From Candidatus Saliniplasma sp. (GTDB taxonomy: Archaea > Thermoplasmatota > Thermoplasmata > Halarchaeoplasmatales > Halarchaeoplasmataceae), in assembly GCA_048622455.1 (NCBI GenBank), contig JBMCUO010000001.1:2437-66436 (forward strand): a stretch of DNA of 64,000 nt, in the 5' to 3' direction. Positions 9,101-17,779 of the stretch are shown in pieces. Numbering within the stretch: the stretch's first letter is position 1; every line of letters starts with the position of its first letter. Below the pieces are notes generated by a model. The model was given only the letters and a program-made list of their open reading frames with translations. It ran no database searches and was not told the DNA's origin. The position numbers and the translations under genes were made by a program.

Positions 9101-11159
9101 CCCTCATATTTATGCCGTCATCACTTTCATAAAACACAGAATCTTCGATGATATTTTGGTCAGAACTTTCCAATCTGACCCCGTGGAAGACGTTGTTTCC
9201 AGAAGTGACATTATCTAAATGATTGCCATCTGAAAAGGCAAACTGGATACCCGTGCAGACTTCGCTTATGTTCTGGTCCTTTATGGTGATGCTGCTGGAG
9301 TTCGCCAGTATTATCTGCCCAGCCGGTGAAGTTATCTCCTGTCCTACCTCATCTCTTAGATAATACAATGGAAGGCCATTAACAGTGTTAGTTTCTTCTA
9401 TAAGATGAGTGTTCCAGTATTCTACGGAACTCCCCTCTAGATACACTCCCTGATTCTCCATGATATTATCTTCTAGTGAATTTTCTTTTGAATTCGAAAG
9501 TATTATCCCAAAACGATGGTTGTTCAAAACTGAATTATTTTTTACTGCGACCTCATCTGAGTGATGGATATCGACAGCGTTTTGATTCGATTCGAAAGTG
9601 TTGTTGATAAGGTTATTGAATGGTGACTGGGTAAGTATTATGCCTCCAGAATTTCCAGAGATGTTGTTGTCTACAAAATTGTTTTCTTCTGAATCCTGAA
9701 GTGATATACCCTCTCTATTATCCCTAAACGTACAGTTCTTGATGGTGTTAGAATCGGATTTATCAAAAGATATACCGAATCGGGAGTTACTGTTGAATAG
9801 ACTGTCAGTTATTGTATTATTTTTCGAATAGGCGAAAAATAAACCTGTGCTTCCAAGACTGACGTCGATCCCATGGATCTGAATATCCGTGGTATTCACT
9901 AATATTACCTGACCCGCCGGTTCAGTGATGTTCCCACCCACTTGGTTTTTCACATAGTGAACCGGGTCCCTGTTCACTTCATTCGATGATTCGATCTCGT
10001 GTGTGTTCCAGTGATCTAATGCACTACCTTGTATGAAGATACCACAGTTATGCATAGAGTTATCCAAAACAACATTGTAATTAGATGTATCAAGAACTAT
10101 ACCTCCTTTAGATGCGTCAGCGATAGTATTGTTGAACACTTGATTCTGTGAAGACGATGATATCTTAATACCATGCTGCCCGTTTAAGAATTCATTTGTA
10201 TCGATAATATTGCTATCAGACTCATATAATATCAAGCCTTCTGAATTATCCAGGACCTCATTTGAAAATATGTTGTTCTCTCGAGTATCATCGTCCAAAG
10301 CTATACCTATTCCGTTGTTCTCGACTCGATTAGTGGATAGATTATTATCATATCCTCCAGAAACATATATTCCCTTACCATTATCCCATATCGAATTATT
10401 TTCGATATCTATGTTCGTACTCCCTCCAACCAATGATCCTCCTTCAAAATTATCGAATATATCATTATTTTCAATAAGGTTCTGAGACGAATCCCTTATA
10501 AGGATTCCAAAACTATTTTCAGAAAATGTATTATTTACTATATTTCCGTTATTGGTATTATCGAGCACAAGACCACCCCCTGTAGATCGTGTTGCATTGA
10601 ATATATAACAATCTTCTAGAAAGAAATGATCTGTAACATTGCCCATGAATATACCGGAGTCATGTCCCCGACCGTCGACAGCTAGTCCCCCAATTATGTA
10701 AGGGTCATCCTCCGTACCATCACCTGACCATCCTTCGGACTCTACATAGTCAGCCAGCTCTGTATCGCTGTTGATAACTATCCTGGGATGATCCTCATAA
10801 TCAGCAGATATCGTAGCTGAAGTATCGGTAGAGTTAGAGGGATGTGGATTTATCGATGATTCTTTAATATCCATATCCATATCTGAGTGTTCATCCCTTG
10901 GAGAAGGTCTCATGAACTCCTCAACTGAGTTTTCATAGTACCTCCAGTATGGTTTTTCTTCACCTTCACCTTCCCCATTCATCCTTTGTAAAAGATCTCG
11001 ACTAGAAGGGTCAAATCCAGTATCCCTTTCTTCATCCGAGGACATATCTAAGTTCATTTCATCCTCGATGTCAACTCTACCATGAAATAAAGAGATAATA
11101 GACGAGTTAAATAATAAGGAGATTATAGCTATAACACAGAGAATATCGGTCTTATCCAT
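3105..11159 (-). CDS. Giant (2684 aa) multidomain cell-surface protein: signal peptide, acidic linker, parallel beta-helix block, I9 propeptide + subtilisin S8 protease, second beta-helix block, 4 Big_2-like Ig repeats, CARDB-like domain, C-terminal TM anchor
   Basis: N-terminal hydrophobic signal (ILCVIAIISLLFNSSIISLF). Hundreds of NxxGIxLxxSxxNxIxxN-type parallel beta-helix (NosD/pectin-lyase-like) repeats. Inhibitor I9-like propeptide (KTVRVFPSVGGAEIELESEDEV...AEPNHNIEL). S8 catalytic triad motifs VGVIDTGIDYNHEDL / HGHGTHVAGTIGA / GTSMATPHVSGLAALL. Repeated approx 90-aa units (TVTAGESIEFSAAAYDDYGNLVT...) like Big_2/invasin Ig domains. Sequence ends NPWWFLLLLLAIVISILNHRRYNSKRRDT (TM + basic tail). 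Confidence 0.85.
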   Translation of the reverse strand: MDKTDILCVIAIISLLFNSSIISLFHGRVDIEDEMNLDMSSDEERDTGFDPSSRDLLQRMNGEGEGEEKPYWRYYENSVEEFMRPSPRDEHSDMDMDIKESSINPHPSNSTDTSATISADYEDHPRIVINSDTELADYVESEGWSGDGTEDDPYIIGGLAVDGRGHDSGIFMGNVTDHFFLEDCYIFNATRSTGGGLVLDNTNNGNIVNNTFSENSFGILIRDSSQNLIENNDIFDNFEGGSLVGGSTNIDIENNSIWDNGKGIYVSGGYDNNLSTNRVENNGIGIALDDDTRENNIFSNEVLDNSEGLILYESDSNIIDTNEFLNGQHGIKISSSSQNQVFNNTIADASKGGIVLDTSNYNVVLDNSMHNCGIFIQGSALDHWNTHEIESSNEVNRDPVHYVKNQVGGNITEPAGQVILVNTTDIQIHGIDVSLGSTGLFFAYSKNNTITDSLFNSNSRFGISFDKSDSNTIKNCTFRDNREGISLQDSEENNFVDNNISGNSGGIILTQSPFNNLINNTFESNQNAVDIHHSDEVAVKNNSVLNNHRFGIILSNSKENSLEDNIMENQGVYLEGSSVEYWNTHLIEETNTVNGLPLYYLRDEVGQEITSPAGQIILANSSSITIKDQNISEVCTGIQFAFSDGNHLDNVTSGNNVFHGVRLESSDQNIIEDSVFYESDDGINMRDSNHNQIVNTTVFETYRGIMLWGSGKKNEIMGTTSINNMNGIRIYQNDEVLVKNNNISDNDSIGIVSSSSDRNRLEDNLLKGNGEEGISLSSSSKNVIENNTLERSGLVIRGRFLRHWNTHDIDLTNTVNGSPIYYLSNRTNQEISEDAGQVILANSTGITVHDQKLYNASVGILLGFSDYNVILNSSLEDNFYSGFEAQNSKGNLIENNTMVRNGNGIHIDRSPENRFVSNDISDSFRGAFIYNSEGSILKDNSLLHNEQSVYVFLSDHTQFINNTVSEGSENGVYIRRSHWNEVYGNSITDNAEFGLMLQSSDEYIIEKNLVQRSNDGIIIIDSKNGKITENSITNQRYGMYLGSSNFNNVSSNQVSNNRYGIRLYDSKSNKIDENYLNVDGEVENNLGRSRDESHTPDSLLVKMDIPQKDISLEQARNLLNNKADRLSNKIQGKTVRVFPSVGGAEIELESEDEVQEAIEKLSDMPEVIYAEPNHNIELASDTELTTDPNDPRYDSLWGMDKISASGAWNSTTGSEDVVVGVIDTGIDYNHEDLAANMWEDENGNHGYNAVNDSYHPLDGHGHGTHVAGTIGAVGNNSIGVTGVNWNVSLMALKIFDDSGSSTLGDAAASLEYVLEKRKEGVNIVATSNSWGWTGSESDLINDLIEKHRDNEILCIAAAGNDGTNNDLEPTYPASYDLPNIISVAATDEDDELASFSNYGENSVHVAAPGVQIYSTWRNDDYRSLSGTSMATPHVSGLAALLASHNGSYDHTNLKNIILSSTDHIENLNSVTLTEGRINASKGVGMVEDPEDPQFWLHRPTNMSEHAILTETEIIISLTDGVHPIHGADVSVKFSSGEDPLNLEDDGSGSDEPGDGYYTGIWTPSGYGEVELEITAEIDGWQATRNVTIIVFGGRTGISLINSDGNQIMDNEISWTGHSGLDIRDSRNNKIQSNNIFDNDGDGMFLQESEQNSLVDNHVAQNGGKGIYLLAADHNSLNDNSIEYNNENGVYLRKSNHTEISNGTLLGNLVGLYISWSSNNTVYNLDVTLNEAQGIYLYDGAGANELIHNEVYSNIQEGIFLRDESDENSVEHNFIKDNSQGISILESGNNTISHNIVDENDRGIDIEEATDNVVFNNTLEYNDGNGVYLYHSEFNEIVENEVSKSEEFGIELYHSSSNLVEGNYIFGNTRGVSLFGASHFNSILSNNITNNAGHGVYVSARGNTLRDNKITHSELYGIYLSRSDDNIIGSNDIEFNIDRALYAWDSEENEIRKNSFTSNEDYGIYLQDSRNNTVYHNNFIENEHQAYDDGTNRWDDGYPSGGNYWSDHDGVDEYHNESQNISGSDGVVDSIYEGDSFTDYYPLMEPVPTPHVRIDEPVEGVAISKSFVKVSWTAMYRFSDALNFSLKMNEGWEDVGTQTEHTFENLSNGEYTVEVRAFDGNGNVDTNNVTFIVDYEVDEIVISPRDTTITAGNEQQFTAKGYEGSREEIGDITFAVDWSIDEEAGGSWDDNIYLSEFQGNWSITAVHDGVENTTKLKVLPSKVHEVIIEPSKEQNISAGETLRFSAYAFDEFGNIITRTPEDFSWENTTDPGVFQKTITGDYVVTATHGGIRSKEIVVTVEPGEVGMVEIGSTGNTTVTAGESIEFSAAAYDDYGNLVTETDTDFIWRNTTENGLFEQTTAGIYEVSAIYGNVTSEMVGVKVEPSVVDTVEIDPTENITITAGEIIEFGAVAYDVYGNLITDVDSDFEWENTEEGLFEVTTVGEYLITATYEEVSSGTVVLTVEMADIHDFVVSVDDINVGDSPVIEISDVQDEYGNVLEREYPVTMKLGGDTETEVLTFSEGTSQYTWNDIDEADEYTAIVTIGEIERSYDFSVISVTTPAEFEVSNLRVDTSIIEPGNEFKLTIDVTNIGDETGEYTVNFYLDSEHIGSETVTVDGGETVTVTHIHTINEPGEYDVSVNEEKISITVRDEYSSINPWWFLLLLLAIVISILNHRRYNSKRRDT

Positions 11160-11279
11160 GGTCTTTTACTCTCAACATATGCTATTAAAACATATAAGAC
11201 TTATAATTTTTCATCAAATAACGATTTTGGGACAAAAGATGTATATGTAAACGGTATATGATGCCAGTAGGAGATATAC

Positions 11280-12668
11280 ATGAACCTCAACAGCATGTTC
11301 GAACCAGAAAGTGTAGCGGTGATAGGGGCTTCCAATAAAGAGGGGAAGGTCGGAAACGCAATAATGAAATCTATGAAAAGAAAATATAAAGGAGATGTTT
11401 ACCCTATCAATCTCAATGAAAGTAAGGTATTGGGATTAGAGGCATATGAGTCTGTAATGAAAGTAGAGGGTAATATCGACCTGGCTATGATAGCAATACC
11501 TGCTGAATTCGTACCCCAGGCTGTTAGGAAGTGTGGTGAAAAGGGTATCGAAAACGTTATCATCGTGACTGCTGGTTTCAGAGAAGCCGGTCGGGTAGAA
11601 CTTGAAGAGGAAGTCGTAGAGATAGCTAAGGAACATGGAGTTAGATTCATCGGTCCTAACTGTTTGGGCATCTACAATTCTAAAAATGATCTCGATACGA
11701 TCTTTAATCCACCTGAAAGACAAGCGCGTCCAAAAAAAGGTTCGGTCGCATTTTTATCCCAGAGTGGTGCGTTTGGAGCGGCTATGCTAGATTGGTTCTC
11801 GGAGAGCGATATAGGTATCAGTAAGTTCGTGAGCTACGGGAATAGAGCGGGTCTAGATGAAGCTGATTTTATTGAATATCTAAACGAAGATGAGGAAACC
11901 AATGTTATAACATATTATATCGAAGGACTCAAGGACGGAAGGAAGTTCATGAAAGCCGCTGAGAAGTGCAGTAAGCCCATAGTTGCTTTGAAATCCGGAC
12001 GTACTAGTGCGGGTTCAAACGCTGCAGCGTCCCATACAGCATCCCTAGCAGGAAACGATGAGGTGTATGATGCCGCCTTCGACCAGTCAGGAATATTGCG
12101 GGTTAAAACTGTTAGAGAGATGGTCGTCGTACTGAGGACTCTAACAACACAACCCCCTGCAAAAGGAAATAAGATAGCCATAGTTACCAACGGAGGAGGA
12201 GTCGGCGTGATGTGTGCTGACTCTCTGGCTTGGAACGACCTTGAATTGACTGACTTTACTAAAAAAACATGTGACCGATTCAAAAAGGCGGTAGAAGAAG
12301 GGATTATCCCCGAGCATTCATCCCTTAACAATCCCATAGATATCGTGGGAGACGCGCCCTCAGAGAGATATGAAGCAGCTATGGAGATCGTCCTTGAAGA
12401 TGAAAACGTAGACGCTCTTATCGTGGCATTCCTTTTCCAATCTCCGGCTATCGAGGAGGACATAGTTTCGAAAACTGCAGGGATGAAAAAGTACGGCAAA
12501 CCCATCGTTGCAATCGCCCCGGGTGGTGAGTACACCCATAAGATGGGAAAAAAGATCGAAGACCAGGGCATACCAGTATATGAAACTCCTGAGGAAGGAG
12601 TTGAAGCGATCAGGGGGGTAGTAGAATTTGGAGACATATCAATTTCTAAAAATGGTACATGTGAATGA
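11280..12668 (+). CDS. Acetate--CoA ligase (ADP-forming) alpha subunit / CoA-binding succinyl-CoA-synthetase-like protein
   Basis: N-terminal CoA-binding motif VAVIGASNKEGKVGNAIMKS. Conserved phosphohistidine segment AAASHTASLAGNDEVYDAAFDQSGI. 462 aa, typical of ACD alpha. SD aggag 7 nt upstream of ATG. Confidence 0.75.
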   Translation: MNLNSMFEPESVAVIGASNKEGKVGNAIMKSMKRKYKGDVYPINLNESKVLGLEAYESVMKVEGNIDLAMIAIPAEFVPQAVRKCGEKGIENVIIVTAGFREAGRVELEEEVVEIAKEHGVRFIGPNCLGIYNSKNDLDTIFNPPERQARPKKGSVAFLSQSGAFGAAMLDWFSESDIGISKFVSYGNRAGLDEADFIEYLNEDEETNVITYYIEGLKDGRKFMKAAEKCSKPIVALKSGRTSAGSNAAASHTASLAGNDEVYDAAFDQSGILRVKTVREMVVVLRTLTTQPPAKGNKIAIVTNGGGVGVMCADSLAWNDLELTDFTKKTCDRFKKAVEEGIIPEHSSLNNPIDIVGDAPSERYEAAMEIVLEDENVDALIVAFLFQSPAIEEDIVSKTAGMKKYGKPIVAIAPGGEYTHKMGKKIEDQGIPVYETPEEGVEAIRGVVEFGDISISKNGTCE

Positions 12669-13292
12669 TCATACACCTTTTTTATCGCCCCATATCAATT
12701 TATGGAGCTGAGGTATTACTCTAACATCTAAACCGTCCTCGATTACCCATTCCGCTAAATTCTTTAGATCCACACCGTGAACCGGCTGGAAAACGATCTC
12801 TGACTGGGGTTTTAATCTATCTATTGTATTTTTTGCGAAAATGTAGTCCTGACTGTCAGCTATCACGAATTTAAGAACGTCGCTAGGTCTTAAAAATTCA
12901 ATATTTTCTTCCCTCATGTATTCGCACATACCAGAGGAAGGAGTTTTGTAGTCCATTGAGATGTGCAAATCCATTTTTGAGAGATCTTTGATATCTTTAG
13001 AACCGTTGGTTTCTATTGATAAGTCATATTGATTTGTGAGTTCCTCTATTAGGGTGTTGATCTCATCTTGTATCAAAGGTTCACCACCTGTTAAACACAC
13101 TCTTTGAACAGGATAATTGCTTATCTTTTTCATTATCTCATGAGTGGTGTATTCTTCTCCACCTTCCCAAGCGTACTCGGTATCGCACCATTCACATCTC
13201 AGATTGCATCCCGAAGTTCGGATGAATATGGTTGGTAAACCTATCTGTGTACCTTCCCCCTGAAGTGAATAAAATATCTCGACGATCTTCAT
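12669..13292 (-). CDS. queE: 7-carboxy-7-deazaguanine synthase QueE (radical SAM)
   Basis: MKIVEIFYSLQGEG...IFIRTSGCNLRCEWCDTEY radical-SAM cluster motif characteristic of QueE, approx 210 aa. Confidence 0.8.
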   Translation of the reverse strand: MKIVEIFYSLQGEGTQIGLPTIFIRTSGCNLRCEWCDTEYAWEGGEEYTTHEIMKKISNYPVQRVCLTGGEPLIQDEINTLIEELTNQYDLSIETNGSKDIKDLSKMDLHISMDYKTPSSGMCEYMREENIEFLRPSDVLKFVIADSQDYIFAKNTIDRLKPQSEIVFQPVHGVDLKNLAEWVIEDGLDVRVIPQLHKLIWGDKKGV

Positions 13293-13351
13293 ATGAACTT
13301 AATTCCGATAACTGATAAATATAATCTTGCTTCCAAAAACCTTATTTTGAT

Positions 13352-14497
13352 ATGAGGTTTTTAGATTTTGATAAAATGAAAATAGGATTCGTGATCAACC
13401 CAATAGCAGGGATGGGCGGAAAAGTCGGCTTGAAGGGGACCGATGGAGTCTATGAAAAGGCCATAGAGTTGGGGGCTGAACCAGTCGCCCAAAAAAGGGC
13501 AGAAAAAGCGTTGGAGAAAATGGAGGAGGGGCACGAGTGGTATACGGCAGAAGGTATCATGGGAGAAGATTCGTTGAAAAAATTCTTCATGGAAGATGAT
13601 GTCCGAGTTGTTTACGAATCTATAGATGATGAGATAGGTCACACCAAAGCAAACGACACCCATCGGGCTGTGAGAGAATTTTTAAAAGAAGAGATAGATC
13701 TGATCGTTTTCTGCGGAGGAGACGGTACAGCTAGAGACGTTTTCGAGGAAGTCGGTACAGAAATACCGATATTAGGTATCCCTGCAGGGGTAAAGATGCA
13801 CAGTGGAGTTTTCGGTATAAATCCAGAGGCTAGCGCTCAGCTGTTCAATGATTTCATAGAGGGAGATGCAGATATCGGGACAGTAGAGATAATGGATCTA
13901 GATGAAGACAGATACAGAGAGGGGAATTGGGAGATCAAACTCCACGGAGAAGCACGGAGTATCTACGAGCCGCACTATATCCAGTTGGGTAAGCAAAGCT
14001 ACCGCTCGGTAGCGGAAGACGAGATGAAATACGATATAGCGAGCTACATCATAGAGGAGATGGAGTATTACCCAGACCATATATTTGTATTGGGTCCGGG
14101 ATCAACCACCGCTGAGATCCAGAAGATCTTAGATATAGATCATACTATATTAGGTGTAGATATATTAAAGAATAAAGAAATAGTCCAACTTGATGTGGCG
14201 GAGAAGGATATATTAAAAGCATCTGAAGATGTTGCTGGTATCAAGATAGTTGTTTCCATGATCGGTAATCAGGGTTTCTTCCTGGGACGTGGTAACCAGC
14301 AGATTAGTCCCGAAGTAGTGAAAAAGGCTGGACTGAACAATATCTATATCTTATCGACTCCTACTAAATTAAAGAAGACACCTTACCTTAGGGCGGACAC
14401 GGGTGATGATGAACTGGATAAAATGATCAGAGAAAAAGGGTACATGAAAGTCGTAAGAGCTTTCAGGGAGTACAGGCTCGTTAAAGTTCAAGTCTGA
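13352..14497 (+). CDS. ATP-NAD kinase/diacylglycerol-kinase-like catalytic domain protein (COG3199-like)
   Basis: MKIGFVINPIAGMGGKVGLKG and FCGGDGTARDV (GGDGT) motifs. Confidence 0.5.
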   Translation: MRFLDFDKMKIGFVINPIAGMGGKVGLKGTDGVYEKAIELGAEPVAQKRAEKALEKMEEGHEWYTAEGIMGEDSLKKFFMEDDVRVVYESIDDEIGHTKANDTHRAVREFLKEEIDLIVFCGGDGTARDVFEEVGTEIPILGIPAGVKMHSGVFGINPEASAQLFNDFIEGDADIGTVEIMDLDEDRYREGNWEIKLHGEARSIYEPHYIQLGKQSYRSVAEDEMKYDIASYIIEEMEYYPDHIFVLGPGSTTAEIQKILDIDHTILGVDILKNKEIVQLDVAEKDILKASEDVAGIKIVVSMIGNQGFFLGRGNQQISPEVVKKAGLNNIYILSTPTKLKKTPYLRADTGDDELDKMIREKGYMKVVRAFREYRLVKVQV

Positions 14498-14509
14498 CTT
14501 ACCGATTTG

Positions 14510-15745
14510 TCACCTTTTCTTCTTACTTATCGGAAGAATTATCCCAACGATAACCAGAGCTACTGCACCGAACAGGAATGCAAAAGCTATCCCTTTTGTA
14601 TCTGCTAGGTAACCGAGGATGGGTGCTATTATCATACCCACAACCGACCTCAGTAAGTTCTGACCGCTGAATAACGTAGCTCTAGTTTGAGAGTCCATCC
14701 GATCTCCGACGTATCCGATCACCATGGGTTTTCTCAAATTGTAAAGTGTATAGAAAAAGAAAAAAGCGATTATAGACACTTCTATCAGATTCCAATGAAG
14801 TGAAACGGCGACTATCAAAAATAAAGAGGCCATTATGAAATAAAGTATGTCTAGGGCTTTGCTCATATCCCCTATCTTCTCCATGAAGCTTGCAGATTTA
14901 ATCGAAGAAGCAAAGCTGTTGATATATACGAAGAAATAGACGAACCCTACAAGTATCGCGGTCCTCTGCTGTTCATACTCGATAAACATCAGCAATGGAA
15001 GAGTGATCGCTAGAGATTCTATTATAGGTGAAAGGTAGTCTTTAGATATCTTGAAAAAGGAGTCGTAAACCGAGGCGTTGACCAACATCTTCCCAAGACC
15101 TGAATGCTTGTAAAGCTGTTTGAAACTGTTCTTCAGGTGATTCCATGTAGACACGATACTAGCACCTTCTGGTTCTCCGTCGAGTTCTTTTGGATATGTG
15201 AGCATCAGCATGAAAGCTAAAGTATATGGGATCAACGTAGCTAAGAAGATAACATTATAGTTCCCTACAAGATATACGATAGCACCAGCGATGACAGCAG
15301 ATAAAGCTGACCCGAGCCTCGAGGCAGCCCTGGTCTTCCCGTAATACCGCACCCTCTGGTCTTCCATACCCTCATTATCTAGATACTGCATTATCATAGA
15401 TTTGTGTGTACCGTGCCTCAGGGTTTCTCCCATTGCGAACAGGAACATGGCCGGGATGAATATCAAGATAGTTGAGTAGTAATAAAAGGCCGTGAAGGAA
15501 ACCATGTAACAGAAAAACGCTGTAGCCATGGCTCTTCGTCTTCCTGTGAGATCAGCTACCACACCCGTTGGCAGTTCTAGAACTATCGTTGATATCTCTC
15601 TTATCGAGATCAATATACCGATCTCAGTAAAGCTGAGACCATTTGCTAAGAAGAAAAGGTACAAGAAGGGTTCGAAGAACTTAAGATTCTTTAAGAACCC
15701 GTATGAAGAGAATCTAAGAAGCATGACCTTTTTAGCGTCCCACAT
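14510..15745 (-). CDS. MFS-type transporter
   Basis: 411 aa, approx 12 predicted TM helices, GRRRAM-type loop motif between TM2 and TM3. Confidence 0.65.
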   Translation of the reverse strand: MWDAKKVMLLRFSSYGFLKNLKFFEPFLYLFFLANGLSFTEIGILISIREISTIVLELPTGVVADLTGRRRAMATAFFCYMVSFTAFYYYSTILIFIPAMFLFAMGETLRHGTHKSMIMQYLDNEGMEDQRVRYYGKTRAASRLGSALSAVIAGAIVYLVGNYNVIFLATLIPYTLAFMLMLTYPKELDGEPEGASIVSTWNHLKNSFKQLYKHSGLGKMLVNASVYDSFFKISKDYLSPIIESLAITLPLLMFIEYEQQRTAILVGFVYFFVYINSFASSIKSASFMEKIGDMSKALDILYFIMASLFLIVAVSLHWNLIEVSIIAFFFFYTLYNLRKPMVIGYVGDRMDSQTRATLFSGQNLLRSVVGMIIAPILGYLADTKGIAFAFLFGAVALVIVGIILPISKKKR

Positions 15746-15814
15746 CGATCGGGATAATATATCTAAAATAAATAAATGTGTTGATTAAAACTCAACGTGG
15801 GATGTTGATGGTTT

Positions 15815-16507
15815 TCACTTCCTAAACCTATAAATTATGTTATTTTCTAAAAAAATTCCGATTCGATTTACGGGCTTCTTTATAAACGGGTACTGAAATA
15901 GTGTAGGGACTAAAACCACTATAGCTGCTGCAAGTAAGTACCCGGCTATGATATCTGTGATATAATGAAAACCTACGAAAACCCTAGAGTAGGCAGTGAT
16001 AACTGAAGCTGTGGAAAATAAAATGAGGTAAGGCCAATGATGCTCTATTTCTTTGTAAGAACAGTATAATACATAAATACCGATGAAAACCGTGAAAGAC
16101 ATGGTAGCATGACCACTTGGGTAAGCGAAGCTAGACCTATAAAATAAAAAATAGCTTGGTCTTGTCCTGCCTATCAACAATTTCAATGAAGAGTAAGTGA
16201 TTAATGATGCTGCTACCATGGATAGATATGTTATCATTTTATGGTAAGATCTTTCTCTGATGAAAAATATTATTCCAGTTGCGAAGGTAAGATATATTGG
16301 GATATCAGTATAGTCAAATAATATGGTCATATCCCTAGGGAGCGATTCTGAATAGTTGACCATAAAATGCAATATAGATACATCTACAGAGTTTGTGAAA
16401 CCAAAAGACACAAGGCCGGTCAATATAGAAAATGAAATCATAAATGATAGGGCTAATACAAAATTTCTATATGCATATGATTTAGTAGAAGGACTTTTTT
16501 CCATCAA
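15815..16507 (-). CDS. PAP2-family (type 2 phosphatidic acid phosphatase) membrane phosphatase
   Basis: Three PAP2 signature motifs: KLLIGRTRPS, YPSGHA, SRVFVGFHYITD; multiple TM helices. Confidence 0.75.
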   Translation of the reverse strand: MMEKSPSTKSYAYRNFVLALSFMISFSILTGLVSFGFTNSVDVSILHFMVNYSESLPRDMTILFDYTDIPIYLTFATGIIFFIRERSYHKMITYLSMVAASLITYSSLKLLIGRTRPSYFLFYRSSFAYPSGHATMSFTVFIGIYVLYCSYKEIEHHWPYLILFSTASVITAYSRVFVGFHYITDIIAGYLLAAAIVVLVPTLFQYPFIKKPVNRIGIFLENNIIYRFRK

Positions 16508-16588
16508 CCGTTCAACATGAATTATTCATTTAAATCTTTACCTTTATTTCTACAGGAACGTTTATAACGATTATTGATATGAAAAACT

Positions 16589-17170
16589 ATGGACATCGTG
16601 TTGAAAGAGATAACAATAGATGATATCGATGAGTACTCTAATATCCCTATAAAATTTGAAGTAGAGAAAATCTTCGATGTGAAACTCATCGATGATGGTT
16701 TAGGTGGCATCGAGTTGGTCGAAAAGAAACTTGATAAAAGTTATATCAAGGATTACGATAAGGATTCTGATTTAAGAAACTTAGAAGATGAATTCGAAAT
16801 AACCAACTGGGGCTTCTTCTTGGCTTCTATAGATGAAAGGCCCGTGGGTGGAGTGATTATAGCTTATGATACGGAGGGCGTCAATATGCTTTCAGGTCGT
16901 GATGATCTAGCTGCCGTTTGGGATATCAGGGTCCGCCCCGAATTTAGAGGAAAAGGGGTCGTTCATAAGTTGTTCCAGAAAGCTGTTCAGTGGGCGAAGG
17001 AAAGACATTGTAAATTGTTAAAAGTGGAAACACAAAACATCAACATACCCGCCTGCAAGTTTTACGTTAAAGAGGGTTGTAGATTGGGTAATATCGATAG
17101 GTATGCATACAGTGAGGAAGAAAATTTATCCCACGAAACTATGTTGATATGGTATCTAGAATTAGAGTAG
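16589..17170 (+). CDS. GNAT acetyltransferase, streptothricin-acetyltransferase-like
   Basis: RVRPEFRGKGVVHKLFQKAVQWA acetyl-CoA binding motif; ETQNINIPACKFYVKEGCRLG tail typical of the STAT subfamily. Confidence 0.65.
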   Translation: MDIVLKEITIDDIDEYSNIPIKFEVEKIFDVKLIDDGLGGIELVEKKLDKSYIKDYDKDSDLRNLEDEFEITNWGFFLASIDERPVGGVIIAYDTEGVNMLSGRDDLAAVWDIRVRPEFRGKGVVHKLFQKAVQWAKERHCKLLKVETQNINIPACKFYVKEGCRLGNIDRYAYSEEENLSHETMLIWYLELE

Positions 17171-17171
17171 G

Positions 17172-17741
17172 ATGGATATGAAAGATGAATACTTTGTAAT
17201 TTCTGAAGGTGAGAACATAATTCTAAGAGATGGGGTAAGCTCGGATATAGAGCGGTATATCAATTGGTGGGATGAAGGAGAGTGGCAGAAGTACGATGCT
17301 CCCTGGGAGGTAAAAGATAAAGATATGTCTGAAAAGAAAAGAAGGAAATTGTTTAAAGAATTGTACATCAAAAACAAAAGATCCCCAAGGAAAAGAGCCT
17401 TGATATCAACTACGGACGGGACACCCATAGGATGGGTCAACAGATATCAAGATAGGAAGGACCTTGATTTTTGGTATATAGGTATAGATATCTGTGAAGA
17501 TCAATATTTAGGGAAAGGGTTAGGAACGGAGGCGCTCGAACTATGGATCGATTATCTGTTTGAAAATTCCAATATACATAAGATAGCTCTGCGTACCTAT
17601 TCTTTCAATATTAGGATGAAAAGAGTAGCAGAGAAGTTAGGATTTGTAGAAGAGGGTGTCGAGAGGGAGATCAAAAGATGGGAGGGAAGATACATCGACT
17701 TGGTGGATTACGGTCTTTTAAGGAGAGAGTGGAAAGGATAA
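17172..17741 (+). CDS. GNAT-family N-acetyltransferase (RimJ/RimL-like)
   Basis: GKGLGTEALELWIDYLF motif; 2-bp gap after the preceding GNAT gene. Confidence 0.65.
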   Translation: MDMKDEYFVISEGENIILRDGVSSDIERYINWWDEGEWQKYDAPWEVKDKDMSEKKRRKLFKELYIKNKRSPRKRALISTTDGTPIGWVNRYQDRKDLDFWYIGIDICEDQYLGKGLGTEALELWIDYLFENSNIHKIALRTYSFNIRMKRVAEKLGFVEEGVEREIKRWEGRYIDLVDYGLLRREWKG

Positions 17742-17779
17742 AGTTAAAAATCGGTGACGATAATGATGAAGTGATATTG

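Noticed and set aside
3542-10485. Seven plus-strand ORFs (62-106 aa) inside the giant minus-strand gene
   Set aside because: They are antisense to a gene with strong motif support across its whole length, have low-complexity composition and no start signals; judged spurious.
11399-12676. Antisense ORFs including a 253-aa ORF opposite the ACD alpha gene
   Set aside because: They are nested in a gene with clear CoA-binding and phosphohistidine motifs; S/P/T-rich low-complexity translation typical of antisense frames.
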